Source of the DNA: Gemmatimonadota bacterium
GTDB lineage: Bacteria > Gemmatimonadota > Gemmatimonadetes > Palauibacterales > Palauibacteraceae
DNA: 64,000 nucleotides
Assembly: GCA_039584815.1 (NCBI GenBank)
Contig: JBDGXC010000006.1
Span: 1,549 to 65,548 of the forward strand
Direction of reading: 5' to 3'
Position numbers and translations under genes: made by a program
In this document: in pieces, positions 33,307-43,708 of the stretch
Layout of the letters: each line of letters begins with the position of its first letter
How positions within the stretch are numbered: the stretch's first letter is position 1
Notes under the pieces: generated by a model
Told to the model about the DNA's origin: nothing
The model's database searches: none
What the model saw: the letters and a program-made list of their open reading frames with translations, nothing else

Positions 33307-33957
33307 CTAGGAATCGGCGCGGATGGCGTCCGCGATCTGCCGGGCCAGGGACGCGACGAGCCGGCTCTGGGCGGCCGCGGACGCCTTGAACGTCGGCGCT
33401 TCCACCGGCTCCCGCGCCTCGATCACCCCTCCCGCGACGGTCTCGCCCGAACCGCGCCGCACCTCCCACTGGCCGACCAGGGAGACCGCGCCGGACGTAT
33501 CGCGTTCGAACCGCGCCACGTCGATGCGCACCGTGTAGTCCGGGCTCTCGGTCCGGTACCACGGGTACAGGAGAATCTCGTCCGCCTGGAGCAGGAAGCC
33601 CACGTCCCGTCCGAGCGCGGTGAGGAACGCGTCCCCCAGGGGCTCGGCCCAGCGCTCGGTCTCGGCGAACCGGAGCTCGTTGTCGGTCACCCGGGTGACC
33701 ATGCGTGTGCGGCCCAGGTAGGAAGGAAGACTCACCGGGCCGACCCCGATCGTCTGTCCGAGCGGAGCTTCGGCCTCACCTCGTGCCGGTTCGGCGTTCT
33801 CGCCGCCCACCCCTGCGGCAGACCGGAGCCCGGGGTCGTCGGGCATGGCCGTGATCACGTAGTAGCGGGTCGGATCCGGCTTCGGATTCAGCGAACACGA
33901 CGTCAGGAATCCGACGATGAGAATCGCGGTGGCCATCAGGCTTGCATGCCTCTTCAT
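33307..33957 (-). CDS. ABC-transport auxiliary lipoprotein (PqiC/YmbA, DUF330-like)
   Basis: Signal peptide plus lipobox LTSC. It sits immediately downstream of the MCE gene (4-nt overlap). Confidence 0.55.
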   Translation of the reverse strand: MKRHASLMATAILIVGFLTSCSLNPKPDPTRYYVITAMPDDPGLRSAAGVGGENAEPARGEAEAPLGQTIGVGPVSLPSYLGRTRMVTRVTDNELRFAETERWAEPLGDAFLTALGRDVGFLLQADEILLYPWYRTESPDYTVRIDVARFERDTSGAVSLVGQWEVRRGSGETVAGGVIEAREPVEAPTFKASAAAQSRLVASLARQIADAIRADS

Positions 33958-34943
33958 CGATCCTCCTCGACGTTCTTGCCGCGCAACAGGGCGCTCGGAT
34001 TCTGCTGCAGGTAGTCGGCCAGCTCGGCCAGTGCCGCTGTCGCGGCCGCGATGCCGGACAGTGACCTCTCGAGCTCCGTCAACAGGGGCGAGCCGGGCTC
34101 GACGAGGGTCCGCAGATTCGTCAGCGTGGCCTGCAACTCCTCCGCCGCGGCCTGGAGCTCCTCCGAGCTGGAATTGATGCTGGGTCGCATGGACACCATC
34201 GTGGAATCGGCCCTGGCCGTGACGCGTTGGATCGACTCCAGCGTGACACGCAGCTCCTGGAGCGTGGCCGGGACGTCGGCAAGAGCGGTCCTTGCCTCCT
34301 TGGCCGATGCGAGCTCTCCGACGTTGTGCGCCGCACTCGTGATCGCCGCGACCAGGCCCTCCACGTCCAGGGCCGTGAGCTTGGACATCAGGCCCTGCAC
34401 GTCACGCTCGAGCCACTCCAGGCCGGTGGAGATCGTGGGCACCTCGAAGGCGTTCACCTGAGGATCGTTTACCATCTCGGCCGGCGATCCGGGATGGACA
34501 GCGAGCGCGATGTACTTCCTTCCGGTCAGGATGCTCTCGACCGAGAGCTCGGCCCGCATGCCACCTTCCACCATGGCGGCCGCGGTCGCCGGGTCGCCCA
34601 CATCCACCACCGATCCTTCGCGGCGCAGGAGATCCCGGTCCAGCTCGTAGAACACGGGGATCCGGAGGTTGATCTCCCAATCCTCGAACTCTTCGGCCGT
34701 GTCCACGGGCTCATCCTCCGTTGCCCTGAGCCGGACCGCCGTGACCTGGCCGATGCGCACACCCATGAACTTGACGGGAGCACCCACATTCAGGCCGTTC
34801 ACCGAGCCCTCGAACCAGGAGATGTACCGTACGGTGTCCTTGAAGAGCTTCCCGCTCCCCAGAAGCACGACCGCGATGGTGGCCAGGGCTACGCCACCGA
34901 TCACGAAGCCCCCCACCAGCGTGGGGTTGGCGCGTCTGCTCAT
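33954..34943 (-). CDS. MCE-family (MlaD/PqiB-like) substrate-binding protein
   Basis: N-terminal TM then the MCE domain (VRYISWFEGSVNGLNVGAPVKFMGVRIGQV). The C-terminal half is coiled-coil. Confidence 0.8.
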   Translation of the reverse strand: MSRRANPTLVGGFVIGGVALATIAVVLLGSGKLFKDTVRYISWFEGSVNGLNVGAPVKFMGVRIGQVTAVRLRATEDEPVDTAEEFEDWEINLRIPVFYELDRDLLRREGSVVDVGDPATAAAMVEGGMRAELSVESILTGRKYIALAVHPGSPAEMVNDPQVNAFEVPTISTGLEWLERDVQGLMSKLTALDVEGLVAAITSAAHNVGELASAKEARTALADVPATLQELRVTLESIQRVTARADSTMVSMRPSINSSSEELQAAAEELQATLTNLRTLVEPGSPLLTELERSLSGIAAATAALAELADYLQQNPSALLRGKNVEEDR

Positions 34944-34947
34944 GCTC

Positions 34948-35724
34948 TCACTCTCCCCGGTGCAGGAACGTGCGCACCGCGGGGTCTTCTGAATGGTCCC
35001 GGAGCTCGGCCGGGTGGCCCACGGCCGTGGCCGTCCGGGTATTGGTGTCGAGAAAGATACTATTGGTCGCGATGGTGAAGATGCTCGGAAGCTCGTGTGT
35101 CACCACGACGAAGGTGGTTCCAAGGCTCTCCCGCAGCTCCATGATCAGCTCGTCCAGAAGGTGCGAGCTGATGGGGTCGAGGCCGGCGGACGGCTCGTCG
35201 ACGAACAGGATCTCCGGATCGAGCGCCATGGCGCGCGCGAGGCCGGCCCGCTTCCGCATGCCGCCACTGATCTCGGCCGGATAGTAGTCCTCGAAGCCGC
35301 GCAATCCCACCAGGGCCAGTTTGAGCGACGCCACGGCCCGGATCTCGTGGGAGTTGAGCTCGGTGTATTCCTCGAGCGGCAGCGCGATGTTCTCCGACAG
35401 CGTCATCGAGCTCCACAGCGCTCCCCCCTGGAACAGGACACCGAACCGACGCAGGAGGGTCTCCCGTTCTTCGAGCGAGGCGCGCGTGAAGTTCACACCG
35501 TCGAAGAAGATCTCACCCCTGGCCGGTTCCACCATCCCCAGCAGGTGTCGCATCAGGGTGCTCTTCCCGCACCCGCTTCCACCCATGATCACGAACACGT
35601 CACCGCGAAGCACGTCGAAGTCGAGGTCCCGCATGACCACGAAATCGCCGTACGCCATGGTCAGGTCCCGCACGGAGATCTGCACGTCCGGCCGAGCCGC
35701 GGGCGTGGGGGCCGAGTCTCTCAT
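34948..35724 (-). CDS. ABC transporter ATP-binding protein (MlaF-like)
   Basis: Walker A GGSGCGKST, ABC signature ISGGMRKRAGLARA and Walker B ILFVDEPSAGLD are present. Confidence 0.85.
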   Translation of the reverse strand: MRDSAPTPAARPDVQISVRDLTMAYGDFVVMRDLDFDVLRGDVFVIMGGSGCGKSTLMRHLLGMVEPARGEIFFDGVNFTRASLEERETLLRRFGVLFQGGALWSSMTLSENIALPLEEYTELNSHEIRAVASLKLALVGLRGFEDYYPAEISGGMRKRAGLARAMALDPEILFVDEPSAGLDPISSHLLDELIMELRESLGTTFVVVTHELPSIFTIATNSIFLDTNTRTATAVGHPAELRDHSEDPAVRTFLHRGE

Positions 35725-36872
35725 CAGATTCCGAACACCCAGGAGATGACCTGGGTGATACCGCAGGCCACGATGATGGCGATGACGCCGTTCACGACGG
35801 CTCGCGTGGCCGCGTCACCGACGGCCGACGCGCTGCTCCCAGCCTCCATGCCCTGCTTGCAGCCCGCCACCGCGACGAGGAGACCGTACACGGTCCCCTT
35901 GATCACGCCCGGGATGAAGTGCGTCATGTTCAGCGAGGCCGTGGTCTGCTGGATATAGGCCCTGGGCGTAAGGTCCAGCAGCCCGGTGCCCACGACATAA
36001 CCTCCCAGGATGCCCACGAAGTCGGCATAGATCGTGAGCAGCGGCATCATCAGCACCAGGGCCGCGATCCGTGGAACGACCAGGAACTCCATGGGCGAGA
36101 TTCCCGTGGCGCGGAGCGCGTCGATCTCCTCGGTTACCTTCATGGTCCCGAGCTGCGCCGCGTAGGCCGCACCGCTCCGCCCGGCCACCACGATCGCCGT
36201 CATGAACGCCGCCATATCGCGGACCATCCCCACGGCTACCAGGTCTGCGACGTAGATGGCCGCCCCGAACTGCTCCAGCTGCACCGCGCCGACGAACGCC
36301 AGGATCAGGCCGAACAGGAACGAGACGAGCGATACGATGCCGAGCGCATCGGCTCCGGCCTGCTGAATCAGGAGACGCAGATCAGACCTGCGGTAGCGGG
36401 CCCGTCCGCGCAGGAACCGGCCGAACGCCTGCGTGGCCTCGCCCAGGAACCGCACTTCGGACACGGTCGCGTCCCGCACTCGGAACCCGAAGCGGCCGGC
36501 CACGGCCAGCCATGGTTCCCGCTCCGGTGCGACCCGGGTGCCCCCGCGCTCTGGCACGGCGCGCGCCAGGTCCACCAGGCGCCTCACGCCGTCGGGAAGG
36601 CCCGCCCGTTCGACCGGAACACCCCGCTCGTCCGCCGCATCCTCCACCCCCTGAAGAAAGGTGAGGACGCTGCTGTCCCAACCCCCGAGTCCCCCCGCGT
36701 CATATCGCACGCCCGCCGGAGGTGGTGAGGCGTCGAGCGCGGCCTCGACGGCCGTCGTGCCTGGCAGGTGGGCCCGAATCTGCCACGTACCGCCAAGGCC
36801 CACGATCAGATCGTCGCCGACGCGCTCGAGCCAGACTTTCGGTCCGTCCGGCGACGTGAGCCTCTCGGACAT
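35724..36872 (-). CDS. MlaE-type ABC permease with N-terminal STAS (MlaB-like) domain fusion
   Basis: About 100 aa of STAS-like sequence (MSERLTSPDGPKVWLERVGDDLIVGLGGTW...) are followed by the MlaE permease core (EEIDALRATGISPMEFLVVPR...). The upstream in-frame extension into the AI-2E gene was rejected. Confidence 0.7.
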   Translation of the reverse strand: MSERLTSPDGPKVWLERVGDDLIVGLGGTWQIRAHLPGTTAVEAALDASPPPAGVRYDAGGLGGWDSSVLTFLQGVEDAADERGVPVERAGLPDGVRRLVDLARAVPERGGTRVAPEREPWLAVAGRFGFRVRDATVSEVRFLGEATQAFGRFLRGRARYRRSDLRLLIQQAGADALGIVSLVSFLFGLILAFVGAVQLEQFGAAIYVADLVAVGMVRDMAAFMTAIVVAGRSGAAYAAQLGTMKVTEEIDALRATGISPMEFLVVPRIAALVLMMPLLTIYADFVGILGGYVVGTGLLDLTPRAYIQQTTASLNMTHFIPGVIKGTVYGLLVAVAGCKQGMEAGSSASAVGDAATRAVVNGVIAIIVACGITQVISWVFGI

Positions 36873-36874
36873 CG

Positions 36875-38092
36875 TCAGGCGTCGCTCCCCGGGCCGTCGC
36901 TTTCCTCGACGTCGGGAGATCCGACGTTCCTCGCGCCCGCGTCCATCCCCTTCATCCTGGGACGCGAGTCCGATCCCGGCGCCACTATCACGGGAATGCC
37001 CGCGACCGTGTCGGTAAGCGGCATCTCCACGAGCGGCAGGTACTCGGAGAACATCTCGCCGTAAATCTCCCACACGGTGACCCACAGCGCCGCCACGATC
37101 GGTCCGATGATGATGCCGGACGCTCCGAACAGGATGATGCCCCCGAGCGTGCTGAGGAGAACCAGCAGGTCCGACATCTGGGTGTCCCGGCCCACGAGGC
37201 GGGGCCGCAGCACGTTGTCCACCGTGCCCACAACGACGGCACACCAGGTCCCGAGCCCGATCGCGGCCCCCGTGTGTCCGAGCGCCAGCAGGTAGATCAG
37301 TGCAGGCACCCACACGAGTGCGGTCCCGATTCCCGGGATGATCGACAGGACCATCATCACGACGGACCAGAACGCCCATCCCTTGATACCGACGATCCAG
37401 AACGCGATGCCGGCCAGCCCGCCCTGCAGGACTCCGATGACCAGGGTCCCCTTGATCGTGGCGCGCGCCACGGACACGAACTTCGCGACGAGCCGGTTCT
37501 CGGCATCCGACTCGAGCGGTATGTAGTAGAGAACCTTCGCCAGATACTCTTTCCCATGGACGAGGAAGAAGAACATGGCATACAGCATGACGAACATGTG
37601 GAAGAAGAACACGGCCGTGCCGCGGCTCGCGGCGGCCACCGAGCTCACCAGGAAGGTCCCCAGTCGGCCCGCGAACTCAGCCACCTTCACCGAGATCAGG
37701 TCCTGGTAGGGCTGAATGGTCTCCCAGAACGGAATCCGCTGGAGCAGTCCGTCGAGCTCTTGCGGCTGCGACATTTCGCGTTCCACGAAGGGCCCCACGG
37801 ACGCGCTGACCTCCAAGGCCTGCGCTACGACGATTCCGAGAAAAGCCATGATCGGCACGATGAGCACGACCACGAACACGAGGACCGTGAGCACGGCCGC
37901 CGTGGTCTTCCGGCCACGCAGACGGCGCGCCATGCGACTGTATAGTCCGTGCATCATCCCGCTGAACACGGCCGCCATGAACACGCTTTCGAGGAAGCTC
38001 CGGATCATCCCGAAGAAGACGGCCGTGATCAACAGGGCGAGGACGATGAGGAAGATCCCCTCGAACTTCTTGCGATCTTCCAGGACTGTCAT
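36875..38092 (-). CDS. AI-2E family transporter (PerM/UPF0118)
   Basis: 406 aa and polytopic. Conserved IKGTLVIGVLQGGLAGIAFWIVGI and LSIIPGIGTALVWVPA are present. Start at MTVLEDRKKF (ATG 38092). Confidence 0.7.
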   Translation of the reverse strand: MTVLEDRKKFEGIFLIVLALLITAVFFGMIRSFLESVFMAAVFSGMMHGLYSRMARRLRGRKTTAAVLTVLVFVVVLIVPIMAFLGIVVAQALEVSASVGPFVEREMSQPQELDGLLQRIPFWETIQPYQDLISVKVAEFAGRLGTFLVSSVAAASRGTAVFFFHMFVMLYAMFFFLVHGKEYLAKVLYYIPLESDAENRLVAKFVSVARATIKGTLVIGVLQGGLAGIAFWIVGIKGWAFWSVVMMVLSIIPGIGTALVWVPALIYLLALGHTGAAIGLGTWCAVVVGTVDNVLRPRLVGRDTQMSDLLVLLSTLGGIILFGASGIIIGPIVAALWVTVWEIYGEMFSEYLPLVEMPLTDTVAGIPVIVAPGSDSRPRMKGMDAGARNVGSPDVEESDGPGSDA

Positions 38093-38279
38093 CGTGATCT
38101 CCCGACTCTGAAAAAGGGACTGCGACACGGGAAGCTCGCGCCTCGCGTGCCGGTTTCGCAATCCCGCGCGGCGCTTTTCTTTCCGTCGTGGCCCCATTAT
38201 CGTCCCGGACCGCAGGCGACAGCGGTCGTCAGCCACCCGGCGCACGTGTCCCGAGCACAAGACAGGAGGGTCCCGCCGC

Positions 38280-39656
38280 ATGGATCCGAGCACCCGCCAG
38301 CAGCGCGACACCTGGGGCTCCAAGGTCGCATTCATTCTCGCCGCGGCGGGCAGCGCGATCGGACTCGGCAATATCTGGGGATTCCCCACGGTCGCAGGGC
38401 AAAACGGCGGAGCGGCCTTCCTCCTGATCTACCTGGCCGCCGTCGCGCTGATCGGGGCCCCCGTGATGCTGGCCGAGCTCATCGTCGGGCGCCGCACGCA
38501 ACGCAATCCGGTCGGCGCGTTCAAGGCGCTCGCCCCCGGATCGGCGTGGGTCGTGGTGGGCGGGCTCGGCGTGCTCACCGGTATCATGATCCTGAGCTTC
38601 TACTCGGTGATCGCGGGATGGACGCTGGCCTACATCTTCAAGACGCTGGCAGGGACGTTCGGGCCGGAGACCGACACCGGCGCGATCTTCGACCAGCTGG
38701 CGGGCGGCGCCCTGCCGGCCATCTCGTGGCACTTGTTGTTCATGATCATCACGATCCTCGTAGTGCTGGGAGGCGTGCGGGACGGGATCGAACGCTGGAC
38801 CAAGGTCCTGATGCCGGTGCTGTTCGTCCTCTTGGTCCTGCTCGCCGTCCGGGCCGTGACCCTCTCCGGCGCCACGGCCGGTCTCGAGTTCTATCTCCGG
38901 CCCGACTTCAGCAAGGTCACGGGCACCGTAGTCCTGGCCGCCATCGGGCAGGCGTTCTTCAGCCTCAGCCTCGGCATGGGGGCAATGATCACGTACGGCT
39001 CCTACGTGTCCAGAAGGGACGACCTTGTATCATCGGCCGGGTGGGTCACGGCCGCCGACACGACGATAGCGATCCTGGCGGGGCTGATCATCTTCCCCAC
39101 CCTGTTCCACGCCGGGCTCGAGCCGGGCGCCGGCGGGCCGGGAATGGTGTTCGTGGTCCTCACGTCGCTCCTCTCGTCGATCCCGCCCGCGCCCTATGGC
39201 GGGGTGATCTTCGGAACCGGCTTCTTCCTGCTCCTGGGCATCGCGGCGCTTACGTCCAGCGTCTCGCTCCTCGAGGTCGTGACGTCGTGGGCGGTGGACG
39301 AGCGGGGAGCGTCGCGCCGCAGGGCCGCGATCACCGTCGGCGCAATCGCCTTTCTGGTTGGGATTCCGAGCGCCCTGGCGAACGGCGCCGTGGACTGGTT
39401 GTCGAACCTGCCCGGGATCGGCATGGATTTCCTGTCGTTCCTGTTCGTGGTGTTCGGTCAGTACTCGCTCGTGCTGGGCGCGCTGCTGATCAGCCTGTTC
39501 GTGGGCTGGGTTTGGGGCATTCGCGAGGCGGGTGACGAGGTGCGGGAGAACGACGGTGAGTTTCCGCTGGGCCGCACGTGGAGCTTCCTGATCCGTTTCG
39601 TGTGCCCGATCGCGATTCTGGCGATCCTGGTGAAGCTGGTGGTGGACCTGGTGTAG
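38280..39656 (+). CDS. Sodium-dependent transporter, neurotransmitter:sodium symporter (NSS/SNF) family
   Basis: The N-terminal WGSKVAFILAAAGSAIGLGNIWGFP....NGGAAFLLIYL is the NSS signature. It has about 11-12 TM segments. Confidence 0.85.
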   Translation: MDPSTRQQRDTWGSKVAFILAAAGSAIGLGNIWGFPTVAGQNGGAAFLLIYLAAVALIGAPVMLAELIVGRRTQRNPVGAFKALAPGSAWVVVGGLGVLTGIMILSFYSVIAGWTLAYIFKTLAGTFGPETDTGAIFDQLAGGALPAISWHLLFMIITILVVLGGVRDGIERWTKVLMPVLFVLLVLLAVRAVTLSGATAGLEFYLRPDFSKVTGTVVLAAIGQAFFSLSLGMGAMITYGSYVSRRDDLVSSAGWVTAADTTIAILAGLIIFPTLFHAGLEPGAGGPGMVFVVLTSLLSSIPPAPYGGVIFGTGFFLLLGIAALTSSVSLLEVVTSWAVDERGASRRRAAITVGAIAFLVGIPSALANGAVDWLSNLPGIGMDFLSFLFVVFGQYSLVLGALLISLFVGWVWGIREAGDEVRENDGEFPLGRTWSFLIRFVCPIAILAILVKLVVDLV

Positions 39657-39660
39657 ACGT

Positions 39661-40683
39661 CTAGTCGTCCGGAGACACTGTCCACGTCCGGCCGCCGTAT
39701 AACAGATCCGCCAACCCCCGCCCCTCGGACTCGGGCTGCACCTGGGCAAGCACCTGACGATCGAAGGTGGGAGCCGGATCGTGATACAGCACCCCCACGG
39801 CCATCGGGAACGCGGGTGGCTCGAGGGCGGCCAGCATCGTGGCCAGCGTGCGGTTGGTGCTGTCGTGCACCACCACATCGGCTTCCGTGACCCCGTCTTC
39901 CCCGATCCTGACGACCTCCAGCGTCCAATTCGCCGGGTTCAGCCGCAGGCCGTTCTCGTCATCTCGCCCGAAGCGCAGAGGCTCACCGTGCGCGACGTGC
40001 AACTGCGCGTCCAACGCCGTCTCCTTGTCCGTGAAATCGGCGAACGTCTTGTCGTTGAACACGATACAGTTCTGAAATATCTCCACGAACGACGTCCCGG
40101 CGTGCGCGTGCGCCTGCTTGAGCATGTCCACGAGGTGCGTCTGGCTGATGTCGATGGAACGAGCCACGAAGCGCGCTCCCACCCCGAGGGCCATGGTGGC
40201 CGGGCTGATGGGATTGGCGACCGACCCGCGTGGCGTGGTCGGTGACAACGTGCCCCGCTTGGACGTCGGCGACACCTGCCCCTTGGTCAGTCCGTAGATC
40301 TCGTTGTTGAACAGGATGACGTTCAGATCGACGTTGCGGCGCAGGGCGTGCACGAGATGGTTGCCGCCGATGCTGAGGCCGTCTCCGTCCCCCGTGATCA
40401 CCCACACATCGAGGTCGGGGTTCGCCAGCTTGGTTCCCGTGGCGATGGCCGGCGCTCGCCCGTGAATCGTATGGAAACCGTACGTCGCCATGTAATACGG
40501 AAAGCGCGACGAGCAGCCGATCCCGGAGATGAACACGCTCTGCTCGCGCGGGACCTCGAGCTCGGCGAGCGTCTTCTGGATCGCCTTCAGGATCGCGTAG
40601 TCCCCGCAGCCCGGGCACCAGCGCACCTCCTGGTCGGACGCGAAGTCCTTCGGCTTGAGCTGCGGCAAAACGGAATGGCTCAC
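39661..40683 (-). CDS. korB: 2-oxoglutarate/2-oxoacid:ferredoxin oxidoreductase beta subunit (TPP-binding)
   Basis: WCPGCGDY, GIGCSSR, the TPP motif VITGDGDGLSIGGNHL and NNEIYGLTKGQ are present. GTG overlaps the korA stop by 4 nt. Confidence 0.85.
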   Translation of the reverse strand: MSHSVLPQLKPKDFASDQEVRWCPGCGDYAILKAIQKTLAELEVPREQSVFISGIGCSSRFPYYMATYGFHTIHGRAPAIATGTKLANPDLDVWVITGDGDGLSIGGNHLVHALRRNVDLNVILFNNEIYGLTKGQVSPTSKRGTLSPTTPRGSVANPISPATMALGVGARFVARSIDISQTHLVDMLKQAHAHAGTSFVEIFQNCIVFNDKTFADFTDKETALDAQLHVAHGEPLRFGRDDENGLRLNPANWTLEVVRIGEDGVTEADVVVHDSTNRTLATMLAALEPPAFPMAVGVLYHDPAPTFDRQVLAQVQPESEGRGLADLLYGGRTWTVSPDD

Positions 40684-42590
40684 GCTGAACTCTCCACTCC
40701 CCGGACGGCCCGTCGGATCGCCGTCTCGATGTCGGCGATCCGGAACGGACGACCGGCCACCCGATTGAATCCTTCGGCCGGAATCAGGTACCGGCCGCGG
40801 AGCATGCTGAGCAGCTGGCCCGCGTTCAGCTCGGGCACCAGCACCCGCTCGAAGCGACCCAGCAGTTCCCCGAGGTTGCGGGGAAACGGTGACAGGTAGC
40901 GCAGGTGGATGTGTGACACGTCGAGGCCCGCGGCGCGACACCGCTCGACGGCCTTGTACAGGCTGCCGTAGGTCGAGCCCCAGCCGACCACTGCCAGTGC
41001 TCCTTCAGAAGCCCCCAGCTCAACGACCTGCTCGGGAATGTCGTCCGCGATCCCGGCGATCTTGCGGGCCCGCAGTCGGGTCATCTCGTCGTGGTTGTCC
41101 GGATCGTACGAAATGTCGCCCGTCGTCGCGTCGCGCTCGATGCCCCCGATCCGGTGCTCCAGGCCCGGCGTGCCGGGCAGGGCCCACGGGCGGGCGAGCG
41201 TGGAGGGATTCCGCACGAACGGCTGAAACCCCTCCGGGTCGGTTCGGAACGCGACCGGGAAGTCGTCCAGCGACTCGAGGTCCGGTACCCGCCAGGGCTC
41301 GGCCGCGTTGGCCAGGTAGGCGTCCGACAGGACGAACACGGGAGTCATGTACCGCGTGGCGAGGCGAACCGCCTCACGGCCGACGTGGAAGCAGTCGGCC
41401 GGCGTGGCCGGGGCGATCACGGCGACCGGCGCGTCGGAGTTGCGGCCGTGCACGGCCTGGAGAAGGTCCGCCTGCTCCGTCTTGGTCGGCAGTCCCGTCG
41501 ATGGTCCGCCCCGTTGCGAGTTGACGACGACCAGCGGAAGCTCCGTCGCCACGGCCAGGCCGATCGCCTCCGTCTTGAGCGCGATTCCGGGGCCGGAGCT
41601 GGAGGTGACGCCGAGCGCGCCCGCGTACGAGGCGCCGATGGCGGCGCAGGCGGCCGCGATCTCATCCTCGGCCTGGAACGTGACCACGCCGAGCTCCTTC
41701 ATCTGGGCCAACAGGTGAAGGAGCGGGGAAGCCGGAGTGATGGGATACGAGGCGAACACCATGCGGCTCAGCCCGGATGACTTGAGACCCGACACGAGGC
41801 CCCACGCCAGCGCGTCGGTGCCGCTGACGGTCCGGTACAGTCCGGGCTCGAGCTCGGCCTTCGAGACGGTGTAACCGGGGATCCGCGTCGGCATCTCCAC
41901 CGTCTCGCCGAACGCGTGCCCCGCGCTCAGCGCGGCCACGGCGGCCCGCGCCACGACCTCGTTGCCGGCGAACTTGTTCTCCAGCCACTCCACGGTGGCC
42001 CGCTTATCCCGATCGAACATCCAGAGCAGCAGGCCGAGGGACCACATGTTGCGGCTGCGCAGGGCATCGCGGGACGACAGGCCCAGGTCCTCGACCGCGT
42101 TTCGCGTGAGTTGTCCGACGTCGAGCGGAATCACCTGGTAGGGGGCGAGGCTGTTGTCGTCGAGCGGATTGGTCTCGTAGTCGGCCTTGGTCAGATTGCG
42201 GGAGGTGAAGGAACCGGTGTCCAGAACGACCGTTCCTCCGATCCGCAGGTCCCTCACGTTGACCTTGAGGGCCGCCGGATTCAGGGCCACCAGGACGTCG
42301 AGCTCGTCACCGGCCGTCTTGACGTCCACCGCCCCGAAGTGGATCTGGAACGACGACACGCCGTAGGTGGTGCCGGCGGGCGCGCGGATCTCGGCCGGGT
42401 AGTCGGGGAACGTGGCGAGATCGCTGCCCGCGAGAGCGTTCTCCATGGTGAACTGGGTACCCGCGAGCTGCATCCCGTCCCCGGAGTCGCCGGCGAAGCG
42501 CACGACGACGGAGTCACGCACCTCGCGCATCACCGGTCCGGACGCCGCGGCGAGGCCGCCCCCGCCCGAAGAGCTGTCCTGGTCGATCAT
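40680..42590 (-). CDS. korA: 2-oxoglutarate/2-oxoacid:ferredoxin oxidoreductase alpha subunit
   Basis: VVRFAGDSGDGMQLAGTQF at the N-terminus. The pyruvate-flavodoxin oxidoreductase central and transketolase-like domains follow. 637 aa. Confidence 0.85.
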   Translation of the reverse strand: MIDQDSSSGGGGLAAASGPVMREVRDSVVVRFAGDSGDGMQLAGTQFTMENALAGSDLATFPDYPAEIRAPAGTTYGVSSFQIHFGAVDVKTAGDELDVLVALNPAALKVNVRDLRIGGTVVLDTGSFTSRNLTKADYETNPLDDNSLAPYQVIPLDVGQLTRNAVEDLGLSSRDALRSRNMWSLGLLLWMFDRDKRATVEWLENKFAGNEVVARAAVAALSAGHAFGETVEMPTRIPGYTVSKAELEPGLYRTVSGTDALAWGLVSGLKSSGLSRMVFASYPITPASPLLHLLAQMKELGVVTFQAEDEIAAACAAIGASYAGALGVTSSSGPGIALKTEAIGLAVATELPLVVVNSQRGGPSTGLPTKTEQADLLQAVHGRNSDAPVAVIAPATPADCFHVGREAVRLATRYMTPVFVLSDAYLANAAEPWRVPDLESLDDFPVAFRTDPEGFQPFVRNPSTLARPWALPGTPGLEHRIGGIERDATTGDISYDPDNHDEMTRLRARKIAGIADDIPEQVVELGASEGALAVVGWGSTYGSLYKAVERCRAAGLDVSHIHLRYLSPFPRNLGELLGRFERVLVPELNAGQLLSMLRGRYLIPAEGFNRVAGRPFRIADIETAIRRAVRGVESSA

Positions 42591-42627
42591 TCCAGCGCCT
42601 TTCGATGCGCTCGGCAGACGCGTCCGT

Positions 42628-43488
42628 TCAGCCGAGAACGCGGGCCAGATACGCCTTGAGTCGGCTCCACGCATGCGCCGCCGGACCCGCGGCCGTTTCC
42701 GGGTCGCGGTCGACCCACAACCAGAAACCGTGGTTCACGTCGTCGTACACGTGGATGTCGTTCTCCACTCCGGCGCTGCGGAGGGCCTCGGCGAATCTCT
42801 CCACCTGCTCGGGTGGGATTCCGCTGTCCAGCTCCGCGAACGTACCGTAGACCGGGTGATCGATCGACGCCAGCACATCGGGATCCTCGACCAGCCGGCC
42901 GTAGAAGATGGCCGTGCCGTCGTGGTTTTCCCCACCGAGGGCGAAGCTCAGAGCCACGCCACCCCCGAAACACCAGCCCATGGCCGCCACCTTGCCGGTG
43001 ACGTCGGACCGGTTCCGCAGATACGCCACCGCCGCGTTCAGATTGGCGATGATGAGCTCCGGGTCGGCCTGCGCCTCCCGCATCAAGGCCACGTTCTCCG
43101 CGCGGTCGCTCCCGGTCCGGCCCGCGTACAGGTCCGCCGCCAGAGCCACGTAGCCTTCGTCCGCCAGGGCATCGGCTACCTGCCGGACCCGGTCTACCAG
43201 CCCGTTCCACTCGTGAATCAGGATGACCGCCGCGAACGGACCTTCGCCGTCCGGGGCGACGACGTACCCGCGAGTCGCGGGATCCACCTCGAAGTAGGCC
43301 AGCTCCGCTCCCTGGAGCTCCGCCCCCTGCCCGAGAATCGCGGCCGGGATCTGCGATTCCTGCTGCGCGTGCGATTCTCCTGACGAGGAGCGGCTCGCGT
43401 GCCCGGCTCGCGCAGAGTCTCCCGCGCAAGCGATCGCGGCCAGTCCCAGCAGCTGTATTGCAGCCAGCACGCCGCCGCACTTTCTCAT
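42628..43488 (-). CDS. Dienelactone hydrolase family protein (secreted alpha/beta hydrolase)
   Basis: Signal peptide. Motifs VILIHEWNGL, nucleophile-elbow GWCFGGG and a C-terminal HGF are present. Confidence 0.75.
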   Translation of the reverse strand: MRKCGGVLAAIQLLGLAAIACAGDSARAGHASRSSSGESHAQQESQIPAAILGQGAELQGAELAYFEVDPATRGYVVAPDGEGPFAAVILIHEWNGLVDRVRQVADALADEGYVALAADLYAGRTGSDRAENVALMREAQADPELIIANLNAAVAYLRNRSDVTGKVAAMGWCFGGGVALSFALGGENHDGTAIFYGRLVEDPDVLASIDHPVYGTFAELDSGIPPEQVERFAEALRSAGVENDIHVYDDVNHGFWLWVDRDPETAAGPAAHAWSRLKAYLARVLG

Positions 43489-43708
43489 GCTCTTCTCCAC
43501 GTAGGACCTCCCGAGAACCGTCAACCCTGAGCGCGCGCCCGAACGCCCCAGGATAGTCGGACTTCCTCCCGGGCGTAAGCGCGATGCCCGTGCGTCGCGA
43601 TCGGGCTTGGCATCCGGCTCGCCGCAGTACAGCTTACAAGACCCCGGAGTCAGGGTGATCCGACACCGGGTTCCGGGACCCTATCGACCGCGTGAACGGA
43701 CCAGGCGC

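Noticed and set aside
35724-37379. 170-aa N-terminal extension of the MlaE-STAS ORF and the 36875..38389 extension of the AI-2E ORF
   Set aside because: The extensions overlap the neighbouring genes in other frames and are low complexity. Plausible starts with conserved N-termini (MSERLTSPDG at 36872 and MTVLEDRKKF at 38092) exist.
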